A DNA stretch of 32,130 nucleotides, taken from the IMG/VR virus record IMGVR_UViG_3300021082_000076, positions 1 through 32,130 of that record; one strand, 5' to 3'. Shown here piece by piece: positions 8,313-16,996 of the stretch. This stretch comes from a virus (Duplodnaviria; Caudoviricetes). The notes below the pieces were generated by a model, which made no database searches, was not told the origin of the DNA, and worked only from the letters and a program-made list of their open reading frames with translations. Within the stretch, counting starts at the first letter, position 1, and each line of letters begins with the position of its first letter. A program made the translations under genes and the position numbers.

Positions 8313-9914
8313 ATGGGATCGGAATTTCTCACCTACCAGCAGGATCCATCCTGGGGCAGCCTGGCGACTAACATCGCCAAGAGCATCACCGGCGCGCCGA
8401 AGGCGGCGCTGGATCAAAAGCTGACGGTCGAGCACATCGTCGCGCTGCGGCAGAAGCAGGCGGAAGACAAAGCCAAGTTCGACGCCGCCGTAGCGGCCGG
8501 CAACACCGCGGCCGATGCGATCGCCACCGCTGGGCCGCCAGAGACCACGCGCAATATCCCGATCGAGCGGCAGGGGCCGTCGAACCCGGACGACCCGAAC
8601 ACGCCGCTCGGTGAGGTGTTTCTGCCGCCGACCGTCTACCAAGAGAAGTACGTCGATCCGAAGGTGGAAGCCCGCTACAAGGCCGAGCTGCCGTTCTACC
8701 AGGCGGTCGCCCGGGCGCAGGCGCACCAAGGCGCCGGCGACCTGCCAGGTGTTTATGCGAAAGGCCGCGTCGGCTTGAGCGGCGTGCCGTCCGACCCCGA
8801 AGAACAGAACCGGCTGCAATTCCAGACCACCGGCCGGTTCCGCACCGGCGAAGAGAAAAGCGTGCCGGCCAATCACACCCTCGCCGTGATCGGCCTTGAC
8901 GGCCAGCCGACCGGGCAGCGGGTCACCACCAACAACAACAAGACCGAGTTTGGTACCAACCGTCCGCTGTTTGGTCCGGGCGGCGCGGTGCCGGAAGGCC
9001 ACACGCTCGCCACCACCGGACCGACCGACCCGACGCCGAAAGTCGGCAAGGACGAAGCACGGCAACGACTGGCGGTGTTTGCCAAAAGCGGAGCGCCGCC
9101 GACGCCGGCGCAGGCGGCACAGATCGAGCAGTTGGTCAGCATCGCCTGGCCACCCGAGCGCGTGGTGGAAAAAGTTGGCGATCGACAGGTCGTCAAACAC
9201 GTCCAGAAAGAGCCGATCCCGCCGTGGGTGGTCAGGATGATGCAGCCCACGGCTGCGCCGGCAGGTACTGCCGCGGCAACGACAGATCCGGCGGCGGCGA
9301 CAGCGGCAGTCGACCCCAACGCCGACCGTGTGATCGAGACCCAGCCAGGCTCGGCGATCGAGCTGCGCAAGGAATACGCTTCGCTGCCGGAGATCAAACG
9401 CTATGCCAACACGGCCGTGACCTGGAACTCAGTTATCGAATCCGCCTACACCGGCAACAAGGCGGCCGACCTCGATATCGTCTACGGCTTCATCAAGATG
9501 ATGGACGACCTGACCGGCGTCCGCGAAGGCGAGACCAAGATGGTCGGCCAGGTCGGCAGCTGGGAAGAGCAGATCCGTACCCTGAAAGGCCAGGCCACCG
9601 GCGAAGGCCTCGACCCGGTGACCAGGGTCAACATCATCAAGACCATGCAACAGCACATGGGCGGGATCAGGGATGCGGCGCTGGAAAAGGAAAAGTTCTA
9701 CGCCCAGTCGGCGGCCGACAGCGGCCTGGCGCCGAGGGCCGTGCTCGCGCCGCTGATGCCGATGAAGCCGTTCGACGAAGCCAGGGCGCTGGCGGTGCGC
9801 GGTGTCACGGCACCAGCCGCCACCGGCGGACGGCGCGGCGCAGCGGCACCTGCGACTGCACCGCCGCCGGCATCGACAACAGTTGAACAAGGCACCGTTC
9901 TATTCGGGAGATAG
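8313..9914 (+). CDS. Putative ejection / DNA-transfer protein
   Basis: 533 aa. The C-terminal helical block 'ADLDIVYGFIKMMDDLTGVREGE' resembles podovirus ejection proteins, and the position fits. Confidence 0.6.
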   Translation: MGSEFLTYQQDPSWGSLATNIAKSITGAPKAALDQKLTVEHIVALRQKQAEDKAKFDAAVAAGNTAADAIATAGPPETTRNIPIERQGPSNPDDPNTPLGEVFLPPTVYQEKYVDPKVEARYKAELPFYQAVARAQAHQGAGDLPGVYAKGRVGLSGVPSDPEEQNRLQFQTTGRFRTGEEKSVPANHTLAVIGLDGQPTGQRVTTNNNKTEFGTNRPLFGPGGAVPEGHTLATTGPTDPTPKVGKDEARQRLAVFAKSGAPPTPAQAAQIEQLVSIAWPPERVVEKVGDRQVVKHVQKEPIPPWVVRMMQPTAAPAGTAAATTDPAAATAAVDPNADRVIETQPGSAIELRKEYASLPEIKRYANTAVTWNSVIESAYTGNKAADLDIVYGFIKMMDDLTGVREGETKMVGQVGSWEEQIRTLKGQATGEGLDPVTRVNIIKTMQQHMGGIRDAALEKEKFYAQSAADSGLAPRAVLAPLMPMKPFDEARALAVRGVTAPAATGGRRGAAAPATAPPPASTTVEQGTVLFGR

Positions 9915-9916
9915 CT

Positions 9917-12055
9917 GTGGCCGAGACCATAGAAGACCTGGTGAAATGGGGCCAAGAGAACCAGCACCTGAAAGGGACGCCTGAATACGACGCCGTGGGT
10001 GAGCGGTTCAAACGGCTGCGGGATGGCGCCGGCGGCGGCCCGCCGACCGCACCAACCACCGAAACGCTGCCCGAGATAACTGTCAAACCAAACGAACCGC
10101 CGCCGGAAACCGGACCAGTCGCGACCCCGCCGCAGGGCGCGCCGGCCGCACCGGCCGCGCCAGGCGATCCCTATTCCTTCTACAACACCGCGGCGCGGAT
10201 CGGCGGCAGCGCGCTGACCGGCATACCCGACCTGGCGATCGCGCTCGGCAACGCCGGATCCCGGGCCGGGATATTTCCTGAGACCAAGATCCCCTACCTC
10301 GGGCCGATGGCGCTGAATGCGGTCGGCGCCGAGCCACTACCGGCCGATGCCAGCACCACCCGGCAACTGCTCGAGGGTGGTGCCAGCGCCCTGCTCGGTG
10401 GCGGCGGCGCGGCGATCGCTCGCGGCATTGCCGCGGCACCGACCGCCCTGCAGGCGATCCGCGCCGCGCTGACCAGGCTTACCGGCAGCACCGTGGCGCC
10501 GACGGTTGCGTCACACTACGGCAGCCAGGTCGGCGAGGCAGCCGGCAGGGCCGCCGGCGTCGACCCGGAGACCAGCGCGCTATTCGGCGCGATCCTCGGC
10601 GGCGGCGCGGCCGGTGGCGCCGCTCCCGGCCGGCAGAGCTACATCGACTGGAAGTACCGCGGCATGGGTGGCCCGAATGCGGCGGCAACCGCCGCCGCAG
10701 CGCGCACCGAAGGCGTCCAGTTGCCAGCCAGTGCGCTCGGCAACGATACCATCCGCATGCGCGAGAACTCCTACGCCAACCGCTACGGCTCGTCCGGCTT
10801 CACCCAGGACCGCCGCATGCAGGCGCGCGACCAGACCGGCGCCGCCTTAAACGACGCGATCGATGCCAGGGGGTCGCTCAATCCGACACCAACCACCGGC
10901 GACATCGGCGCCGCGGTCGGCGATATCGCCCGCACCAATGCCGACGACCTGAGAACGCGGGTATCCGCACCGCAGGAAGCCCTGGCCCAGCAAGTCGGGC
11001 CGGGCGCCATCGGCGACTGGCAGCCGGTGCTAGACGCGCTGCGGCAGGCCGCGGGCCAGACCGATCCGATCACGGCACGACCATTGGAGACCCGCGCCAA
11101 CGCGATCGAGGGCCGGTTCCCGCGCGATCCACAGACCGGCGCCATCCTCAACACCAACGCCACCTACAACCAATTGCGCGACTTCCGCAGCGGCACCCGG
11201 ATCGCCGGCGAGGGCATGGATCCGATCCCGAGCCGCTACGCCGGCGACGTCGAAGCCGCTGCCACCCGCGAGATGCGCGGCACCGCCGTCAATCAGGGCG
11301 TGACCCCAAACATGTTCGACCGTACCCAGGAACGCTACGCCGCAGCTATGGGTGAGGGCGGACCACATGAGCAGCTCACCGGCGTGGCCGAACGAGCCGG
11401 CACCAATGCCGCGTCCGGCTACAACTACCTCAAGCAAGGTGAGCAGGATCCGGCTCGGCTGCGCATGCTGGAAGCCACCAGCCAGCCACAGCAGCGCGGC
11501 CAGGGGCCGTCGCCGCTCGACCAGACGCTCGGCGACTACCTGCGCTATATCGGCAACCAAACCATCAATAGCCGGAACCAAGGCGCCCCGGGACCGCGGC
11601 AGTTCGCCACCCGGATCGAGAACATGATGCCGGAATCGCTCGACGTCTTCGGTGGTGCGCAGCGCGACCGGATCGAGCGGCTGGCATTGATCGCGCGGTC
11701 GCTGAACGCGCCAACCCGGCAAGGTGGTCTCGGCCAGACAATGGGCAATATCAACCAGGGGATCCCCGGCGCATTGACCGCTGGCGAAGTAGGCCATTCG
11801 ATCGGCAGCGCGGCCAGTGCCGCGACCGGCGTTCCTGGCGGCGGCACCGCGGGGCGGGTGGCCGGCTATTCGCTCGGCCCAATCCGCCGCGCGATCGGTG
11901 GCCGGACGATGCAGTCGCCGACCGCATTGAACGCGCTGGAGGGCCGGCCATTCCAAAGCGACTACAGCATCGCTGACCTAGCCGCAGCGATCACTGCCGC
12001 CTCGGCGGCAGCATCCGGGCCGGGCGGGCCACCACTAGCGGGGCCGCGACGCTAA
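9917..12055 (+). CDS. Putative large ejection / DNA-transfer protein
   Basis: 712 aa, GTG start with a GGAG RBS. Gly/Ala-rich hydrophobic segments followed by a helical body. Confidence 0.6.
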   Translation: MAETIEDLVKWGQENQHLKGTPEYDAVGERFKRLRDGAGGGPPTAPTTETLPEITVKPNEPPPETGPVATPPQGAPAAPAAPGDPYSFYNTAARIGGSALTGIPDLAIALGNAGSRAGIFPETKIPYLGPMALNAVGAEPLPADASTTRQLLEGGASALLGGGGAAIARGIAAAPTALQAIRAALTRLTGSTVAPTVASHYGSQVGEAAGRAAGVDPETSALFGAILGGGAAGGAAPGRQSYIDWKYRGMGGPNAAATAAAARTEGVQLPASALGNDTIRMRENSYANRYGSSGFTQDRRMQARDQTGAALNDAIDARGSLNPTPTTGDIGAAVGDIARTNADDLRTRVSAPQEALAQQVGPGAIGDWQPVLDALRQAAGQTDPITARPLETRANAIEGRFPRDPQTGAILNTNATYNQLRDFRSGTRIAGEGMDPIPSRYAGDVEAAATREMRGTAVNQGVTPNMFDRTQERYAAAMGEGGPHEQLTGVAERAGTNAASGYNYLKQGEQDPARLRMLEATSQPQQRGQGPSPLDQTLGDYLRYIGNQTINSRNQGAPGPRQFATRIENMMPESLDVFGGAQRDRIERLALIARSLNAPTRQGGLGQTMGNINQGIPGALTAGEVGHSIGSAASAATGVPGGGTAGRVAGYSLGPIRRAIGGRTMQSPTALNALEGRPFQSDYSIADLAAAITAASAAASGPGGPPLAGPRR

Positions 12056-15003
12056 TGGCCTACATGGATGACCAGGCGCTCGAGCGCGAGAAGAGCAAGC
12101 AGGCGATGATCGCCGGCAAGCAGCCGCTGCTCGGCGATGACACTTCGCGTGCGCTGCACGCGCTCGGCGTCAACCTGGGCGTGGTGCCACCCGGCACACA
12201 GCCCAGCCAGATGACCCAGTTACTGGAGAGCCTGCTCAAGGGGCCTAACGCCAAGAGCATCCACGTCGACGAGCAGAAGCCGCTGCAGGTGCAGCCGCTG
12301 GTCGGCCAGGTAACCTCGTCGCTGCAGCGGCCGGCCCAGGCCGATGACAGCATCGGCGAAACCATTTCGGGCGGCTTCAGCGCCGCCAAGGACAAGGCCC
12401 TGCAACAGAAGCTGCAAGCGCAGCAGCAGGTGAAGCCGCCGACCCCACCGCAGATGCCGCAAGCACCGGGGGCGCCCCCGGCACCGGGCGCCAACCGCGC
12501 CAGGCTGTCCGGCAAGGTGCCACTGAGCAAAGTCAACGACCTGGCCGGCGTCGACCCGCAGGTGGTGCAGGCGGCCAAGGAATGGGCGCAGCTGTACAAC
12601 GAGAAGGGCGGGCCGCACACGGTGCAGTTCACCTCCGGCAAGCGTGAGGGTGACCCGCGCGAGCACGGCCGCGGCAACGCCTTCGACATGCAGTTGATCG
12701 ATAAGAGCACGGGCAAGGCGCTGGAGAACTACCGCACCAACGACCCCAAGACCTTCGCCGCCTACCAGGATTACGCCAACGGATTCCATCAGTACCTGGA
12801 AGCCAACCATCCAGACCTGGCCAAGCGGCACCGCTGGGGCGGCTACTTCTCCGGCGATCGATCGCAATACGGATCGCTCGACCAGATGCACCACGACTTC
12901 GCCGGCGACCGGATCGGCATGGCCGGCGGATCCTGGAAGGATGGGCTGTCGCCACAGCAGGCCAAGCTATTCCCCGGGCTGAACCCGGGCGGCGGCCTGG
13001 CTGGCAAGCCACCGATGGCGCCAGGCCGGCCGACGCTCGCTGCGCCGACCGCGGCCGCCGGTCCGCACGCCGCCGGCGTGCCGGTGGAGCTGACCGAATG
13101 GGTAGCCAAGAAGGAGAACTTCACCAACAAGGCGTTCGCCGACTACGGCACCACCAACATCGGCTACGGCACCGCCGCGAACGGCCGCACCACGATCGAC
13201 GAGCCGACCGCCCGGGCCGAGATGAACGCCGAACTGAGCCGGCACCTGGCGACGATCGATGCGCTCAACCCCAACACCCCGCCGGCGATCCGCAACTCGC
13301 TCGCCTCGCTCGGCTTCAACACCGGCGGCGCGGCGCTGAAAGGCACCGGCCTGGCGGACGCGGTCAAGCGGGGCGACTGGAAGCAGGCCAAGGAGATCTT
13401 CGTCCAGTACGACAAGGTCACCGACGCATCCGGCGCCAAGAAGCCGCTGCACGGCCTGACCATCCGCCGCGGACAAGAAGCGCAGGCGTTCGACAACCCG
13501 AACTATTACAAGGATCCCAAGGCTGGGACGACCGCGGCCCAGGACTGGGGCGGCAAACAGGATCCAGCGGCGACACCAAAGACACCAGCTCCGGCGCAAG
13601 CTCCCGCCCAGCCCCCGCAAGCTGAAGCGAAACCTGCGCCGGCTGCGGCTCCGGCGGCGGCACCCACGCCAAGTGCGCCGTCGCCGGGTGCTGCCGCGAT
13701 CGCCGCGACCGAGCCGGAACAATTGTTGCCAGAAAGTTCACAGGACGTTCCGGCGGCTGCACCCATGACACCTGTGACACCTGCTCCTGCGGTGGCAGCC
13801 CCTGCTGCACCCGCGGTGGCAGCGGCGCCGGTCAAGCCCCCGGCGGCGCCGCCCCCTGCGCCGCCGCCGGTCGCCAAGCCGGCGCCGCCAGCGCCGCCCG
13901 CGGTCAACCCGGCACACGCGTTGCTCGACACCAAGGTGATCGAGCTGGTCAAGCGCGGCGACCCCAGCAAGGTCAGTCAGGTGCCGGACTTCATCGGCAA
14001 CAAGACCCTGCGCGAGGCGCTGAACACACCCTTCGTCGGCAGCCAGATCGCCGCCGGCGTGCAGCCCTACCTGCCGAAGATGGGCATCACCCAGCAGCAG
14101 TTCGACGCCGCGGTGAAGGAGGGCGCGCCGAAGCCGGCAGCGGTGGGCAAGCGCAGCGACCTCGACCTCGGCACCTCGGGTGCCACCGACTTCAGCGCCA
14201 GCAAGCGGATGGCACCGGCGCCCGCGGTGGATCCCAACGCCCCGACACTCGACCCGCTGCAGCAGAAGCCCGTGCAGAACGAAGACGGCTCAATCTCGAC
14301 CGTGCGAACGATCGGCGTGGAGGACCAAGGCAAGGAGGTCAACATTCCTACCGTGCCGGCCGAGGGCGGCCGCGTAATGTCTGACGCTGACGCGCGCCAA
14401 CGTTACGTAGAAACCGGCAACCATCTCGGCAAATTCGACACGGTCGAGCAGGCCGGCGCTGCCGCGGAGAAGCTGCACCAGGACGAGGCGGCACGCATCA
14501 GCGAGCAGCCGAAGGGCCAGCAGCCGGCAATGACGCCGGAGATCGCCAAGGCCCTGACCGATGTCTACAAGGACGAAAGCCGGGTTGCGCCGGATATGCC
14601 AGCCCCGCCGGCCGATGCCATGCCGGTGCTTCCGGCGCAGCCTGCCACGCCCGCCGGTGGCGCCGCCGGCGGGCTGTCTCTAGCGCCCCCAGGCTTGAGT
14701 TCGATTCCCACCGGATCGATCCCGGGCCAGGGCGCCAGTCAGGGCGGCAGCATTGCCTTGGCGGGGATGCTGCCGCCTATTGAGAACGCCACCTATTCGT
14801 CGCCGCTGCTCAATCAGACAGCTGCGTCCGGCGGCATGGTCGGCGGGCTGTCACCGATCTCGCCGCAGGTTCTCGGCGGCTGGGGCTGGGGCGGCGGCAA
14901 CATCGGTGCCGGCCTCGACTGGGGTGGCGGCGGTGGTGGCGGTGGCTTTGACTTCGGCAGCGGCGGATTCTCTATGCCGATCGGCAGCACCGGCGGCTGG
15001 TAA
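12055..15003 (+). CDS. Multidomain virion-associated peptidoglycan hydrolase (M15-like Zn peptidase plus GH24 lysozyme)
   Basis: Peptidase at ~12541-12900: 'TSGKR..EHGRGNAFD...RWGGYF...DQMHHD'. Lysozyme at ~13090-13500: 'KENFTNKAFAD..NIGYG...SLGFNTG...GLTIRRGQE'. Long Pro/Ala linkers separate the domains. Confidence 0.8.
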   Translation: MAYMDDQALEREKSKQAMIAGKQPLLGDDTSRALHALGVNLGVVPPGTQPSQMTQLLESLLKGPNAKSIHVDEQKPLQVQPLVGQVTSSLQRPAQADDSIGETISGGFSAAKDKALQQKLQAQQQVKPPTPPQMPQAPGAPPAPGANRARLSGKVPLSKVNDLAGVDPQVVQAAKEWAQLYNEKGGPHTVQFTSGKREGDPREHGRGNAFDMQLIDKSTGKALENYRTNDPKTFAAYQDYANGFHQYLEANHPDLAKRHRWGGYFSGDRSQYGSLDQMHHDFAGDRIGMAGGSWKDGLSPQQAKLFPGLNPGGGLAGKPPMAPGRPTLAAPTAAAGPHAAGVPVELTEWVAKKENFTNKAFADYGTTNIGYGTAANGRTTIDEPTARAEMNAELSRHLATIDALNPNTPPAIRNSLASLGFNTGGAALKGTGLADAVKRGDWKQAKEIFVQYDKVTDASGAKKPLHGLTIRRGQEAQAFDNPNYYKDPKAGTTAAQDWGGKQDPAATPKTPAPAQAPAQPPQAEAKPAPAAAPAAAPTPSAPSPGAAAIAATEPEQLLPESSQDVPAAAPMTPVTPAPAVAAPAAPAVAAAPVKPPAAPPPAPPPVAKPAPPAPPAVNPAHALLDTKVIELVKRGDPSKVSQVPDFIGNKTLREALNTPFVGSQIAAGVQPYLPKMGITQQQFDAAVKEGAPKPAAVGKRSDLDLGTSGATDFSASKRMAPAPAVDPNAPTLDPLQQKPVQNEDGSISTVRTIGVEDQGKEVNIPTVPAEGGRVMSDADARQRYVETGNHLGKFDTVEQAGAAAEKLHQDEAARISEQPKGQQPAMTPEIAKALTDVYKDESRVAPDMPAPPADAMPVLPAQPATPAGGAAGGLSLAPPGLSSIPTGSIPGQGASQGGSIALAGMLPPIENATYSSPLLNQTAASGGMVGGLSPISPQVLGGWGWGGGNIGAGLDWGGGGGGGGFDFGSGGFSMPIGSTGGW

Positions 15004-15004
15004 C

Positions 15005-15256
15005 TCAATCCCGGTCATGCTCCGTTACATAGCAATCGAAGCATTGCTCATGACCTAGCTGCTGCTCCTCCTCGTCGAGCAGCTCGCGGCAGTCGATGCA
15101 CCGCGCGCACTGGCATTCATCTGGTGATGGCACCTCGTCACGGTCGAGGCGGTCGTTACTGCGCTCACCAATAACCTTGTCGCAATCCTCACAGTGCTCG
15201 ACGTCAGGGTCATGCATGACCAGCATATGGTCGGCATCATTGTCGCTGTCACTCAT
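15005..15256 (-). CDS. Acidic Cys-rich (putative Zn-binding) small protein
   Basis: GAGGT RBS; eight Cys arranged as CxxC, CxC, CxxC, CxxC; 28 of 83 residues are Asp/Glu. Confidence 0.65.
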   Translation of the reverse strand: MSDSDNDADHMLVMHDPDVEHCEDCDKVIGERSNDRLDRDEVPSPDECQCARCIDCRELLDEEEQQLGHEQCFDCYVTEHDRD

Positions 15257-15266
15257 ACTGACACCT

Positions 15267-15422
15267 CTAACGGTGACCAGACACCACCGTGCCGGTGCTC
15301 TGCATCGGCACGCACCGTGTGACGTAACCCAAGTCGGTCGTCCTCGACGCCTCGAGGCACGCCTCTTTGCTTGGGTAGCCGGTGATCGCCCAGACCGATC
15401 CTATTAGGAGAACCCACATCAT
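15267..15422 (-). CDS. Small hypothetical protein, 51 aa (not in the ORF track)
   Basis: MMWVLLIGSVWAITGYPSKEACLEASRTTDLGYVTRCVPMQSTGTVVSGHR. ATGA overlap with the upstream gene's stop; fills the gap between neighbours. Confidence 0.6.
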   Translation of the reverse strand: MMWVLLIGSVWAITGYPSKEACLEASRTTDLGYVTRCVPMQSTGTVVSGHR

Positions 15423-15652
15423 CCTGACATCGTTTCATCTTCGTACTCGGACGCCATCGTATTCGCCCGCGCGCGCCGCACCTGAGCGTTGTGCAGTGCA
15501 TGACCGAGCCGCGACAACGTCGGCCAGCGGTGCTGAAACAGCTCGCGGATGTGGTGCGGCGTGGCCTCGCACAGGTAACTGGCGAGCAGGTCCGACAGCG
15601 CCTCAGATGCGAACCGCTCATCCAAAACCGGATCTGTGGGTAAACATGTCAC
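15419..15652 (-). CDS. Hypothetical protein
   Basis: About 77 aa in the leftward cluster, coupled to the next gene; start uncertain. Confidence 0.5.
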   Translation of the reverse strand: MTCLPTDPVLDERFASEALSDLLASYLCEATPHHIRELFQHRWPTLSRLGHALHNAQVRRARANTMASEYEDETMSG

Positions 15653-15739
15653 AACTGTTTAGACCGCCCAAAATTTTTTTGCATTTTTGAAGCTTGACCC
15701 CGGCGGCGCTACACATGCACGCCGCCGGAGCCAACGAGG

Positions 15740-16414
15740 TCAAGCCAACAACAGCCGCTGCTTCCGACGGCGATGCAGCCCAACCAAGCCAAACATCCCC
15801 GCGATCAAGGCGGGAAGTCCGGTACCGACCGCCGGCAGCGGCACCGCCGCAACCTGCGGCGCCACGTCGATGCGGAAGTGCTCAAAGTCAGTAATGCTGC
15901 CGCCGACAACCCGGAAATCGACATCCCAGATCCGCTCGCCGTCGATGGCTTTCAAGTCGAAGCCATTCTGGCCGCTCTTCAGAATGCTGCTGAACAGGAA
16001 GTCCTGAAAGCTGCCGTCTGCTTCCAAGGCCGTCGCACGAATAAGCAGGGTGCCTGTTCCGACGATGGAGAAGATGTCCCGCGTGGTGGTAATCTGAGTG
16101 AGGTTCGTGCTGTCGAACACCGTGATATCAAGCTCGCTGGTGTTCACGATCTTGATGTCATTGCCATTTGCTGATCCAGAGAACAGACCAGACAGTATGC
16201 CGCCGTCAGGATTGAAGGCCGAGCGGTCCAAGAACCGTACGACCTCATTGTTTTGGCCGTTGAGGCGACCAAGGATCAGTCCAGAGTTAGCGATACTGCT
16301 GAATATCACGTTGTTGCCGGTGCCACCGATCCCGGTCTCGTCGAGCAAGATGGTGGCCTTAGCAGGCACAGTCAGTAGAAGCGCCGCCACGGCGGCGCCG
16401 AGCAGTTTATTCAT
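15740..16414 (-). CDS. Secreted protein with VPLPA-CTERM (PEP-CTERM class) sorting signal
   Basis: Signal peptide MNKLLGAAVAALLLTVPAKA. The C-terminus has VPLPA, a TM helix (GLPALIAGMFGLVGL) and a basic cluster HRRRK. Confidence 0.88.
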   Translation of the reverse strand: MNKLLGAAVAALLLTVPAKATILLDETGIGGTGNNVIFSSIANSGLILGRLNGQNNEVVRFLDRSAFNPDGGILSGLFSGSANGNDIKIVNTSELDITVFDSTNLTQITTTRDIFSIVGTGTLLIRATALEADGSFQDFLFSSILKSGQNGFDLKAIDGERIWDVDFRVVGGSITDFEHFRIDVAPQVAAVPLPAVGTGLPALIAGMFGLVGLHRRRKQRLLLA

Positions 16415-16626
16415 TGGGGTGGTTCCTCTGTTGGGATTACGTCCGGTTCAACTTTGATCTTAGCCTTGGCTTTTGCATAGGCCTTTTTGTTCTGCTTGCC
16501 GCGCTTATCCGCCGAATGTGGATCGGTCTTCTCCGCGATCTGATTGCGAATACGATAGATTTTCGCATCCTCCAGCATCAGTTCGCGCAATTGGAATTCC
16601 GGGTCCATCGGCCGACTATAACTCAA
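16411..16626 (-). CDS. Hypothetical basic small protein
   Basis: ATGA overlap with the VPLPA-CTERM gene; start uncertain. Confidence 0.45.
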   Translation of the reverse strand: MSYSRPMDPEFQLRELMLEDAKIYRIRNQIAEKTDPHSADKRGKQNKKAYAKAKAKIKVEPDVIPTEEPPQ

Positions 16627-16680
16627 CTATTTTGGGCCGCAACGCTTGCTTACTCAAAAAGGTTGGGTTAGCTGTGGGTC

Positions 16681-16911
16681 ATGGCAACTTTACGCACCAC
16701 AGCTGAAATCATCACCGCGCTCGGCGGCATCGAGGCTATGGCCGAGCTGACCGGCACTTCGGAGAACGGCGTCTACAACTGGCGGGCGGGAAAGCAATTC
16801 CCCGCAGACACTTACCGGCTACTTAAAGATGAGCTGAAGGAGATCGGCCACGATGCGCCGGACCATCTATGGCCTATGCGACAAGCTCCAAAAAAGGCGG
16901 CGCGAAGGTAA
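16681..16911 (+). CDS. Cro-like helix-turn-helix regulator
   Basis: 'EIITALGGIEAMAELTGTSENGVYNWRAGKQFP' is the Cro/YdaS-type HTH pattern. Confidence 0.8.
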   Translation: MATLRTTAEIITALGGIEAMAELTGTSENGVYNWRAGKQFPADTYRLLKDELKEIGHDAPDHLWPMRQAPKKAARR

Positions 16912-16996
16912 TGCATTCGCCGCCAAGCTGCTGCGCCACATAGTGTATCCGGCGCAGCAGCGATCTTCCTACCAGACCATAACAGAGGACCATCCC

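Noticed and set aside
13560-13910. GC-rich quasi-repeats (gcgccg/ccggcg)
   Set aside because: They are explained by Pro/Ala linker coding.
442-14478. Many long antisense and alternate-frame ORFs over the structural genes (e.g. 442-1503, 8292-9200, 11030-11956)
   Set aside because: These are shadow ORFs expected from high GC3. They show no recognisable motifs and overlap well-supported genes.
15253-15621. ORF-track 122-aa minus-strand ORF
   Set aside because: It overlaps two better-coupled ORFs (15419-15652 and 15267-15422) that tile the region through an ATGA junction.
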